From Malacoraja senta (taxonomy: Eukaryota), in assembly GCA_038087875.1 (NCBI GenBank), contig CM075977.1, forward strand, positions 61,876,001 to 61,940,000: a stretch of 64,000 bases of DNA, read 5' to 3'. Position 1 is the stretch's first letter. Each line of letters opens with the position of its first letter. The notes under the pieces are model-generated. The model saw only the letters and a list, made by a program, of their open reading frames with translations. It was not told where the DNA came from and made no database searches. The position numbers were made by a program, and so were the translations under genes. Positions 63,272 through 64,000 of the stretch are shown piece by piece.

Positions 63272-63923
63272 AGTTTAGTCCACCGAGTCCGTGCTGATCA
63301 ATGATCACCCATCTTACATACCAAGGGCATTTTACAGAAGCCACATAACCTTCAAACCTGTAGGTCTTTGGGATGTGGGAGGAAACTGGTGCACCCAAAG
63401 AAAACCCACGCGTTCACAGGGAGAACTCTGCACAGACAGCACCCGTAGCGAGGATGGAACCCAGGTCTATGGTCAGGAACATCGGGTCTCTGTAGAGGCA
63501 ACTGTGGAGGCCTCAATAGGCCTGACTTTGGGTGAACTGGGGTTGGGGACTGGACATTGTGCCTTCCCCCACAGTGGTAATCATTGTGGGGGGATGATTT
63601 TTTTTGTGTGTGTAAATGATATTTTATTTTGTGTCCAAGATGGCTGCCGGAAGGGTGAGTGGACGCTGGCGCGCTTTAGCAGCCGCTGCTCTCTCTTCCA
63701 TATTGTGTTTTTGATTTTTGTTTTTGGACTGAATTCTCTCTTTAATTTGTGTACTCGTGATGTCTTTACTATTTATTTCATTCCGCTTACATGTTTCTAC
63801 TATTTGTTAAACTTTGTAAGGTGTCCTTGAGACTTTTGAAAGGCGCCCATAAATAAAATGTATTATTATTATTATTATGGTGCGGTAAGGCAGCAACTCT
63901 ACTGCCGTGTCACCGTGCCACCC
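63272..63923 (-). mobile_element. tRNA-derived SINE split by a 402-bp plus-strand insertion with an L2-type tail (63474-63875)
   Basis: The SINE halves join across a TATGGT duplication (63468-63473 and 63876-63881). The insert ends TGTAAGGTGTCCTTGAG...AAAGGCGCCCATAAATAAAATG(TAT)n. Confidence 0.75.
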
Positions 63924-64000
63924 CCAAGTGATGTTTCTATTTTTTGTTAATTCCAGGTGGCACAGTGAAGAGAGATGGGGAATTCATGCCCTGTGTAAGC

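Overview
Repeat-dense vertebrate genomic DNA. The repeat repertoire (HE1-type tRNA-derived SINEs sharing a 3' tail with CR1 LINEs, abundant Penelope-like elements) suggests a cartilaginous fish, probably a skate or ray; this is an inference. The only host coding sequence I can support is one 200-bp internal exon of XKR4 (minus strand, 57300-57499, canonical AG/GT sites). No downstream XKR4 exon is present, so 1-57299 is most likely one large intron. Almost all other ORFs are transposon remnants or spurious. Elements found: Penelope-like elements (RT + GIY-YIG) and many hammerhead-motif mini-derivatives, CR1 and Rex1/Babar LINEs (including a nested pair), tRNA-derived SINEs, non-autonomous Helitrons, PIF/Harbinger-type MITEs, hAT-like elements, minisatellites and a 134-N gap. 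The best hunt result is a 139-bp TSD-flanked retroposon (12545-12683, minus) whose first 54 nt fold into a minimal HDV/CPEB3-like self-cleaving ribozyme. It starts exactly at the predicted cleavage site and lies sense to the XKR4 pre-mRNA. Also notable: palindromic hammerhead-bearing Penelope mini-elements with 11-18 bp TSDs, and a GC-rich ~870-bp non-coding retroposon family with covarying RNA structures at both ends. Repeat boundaries were read by eye and are approximate unless a TSD is quoted.
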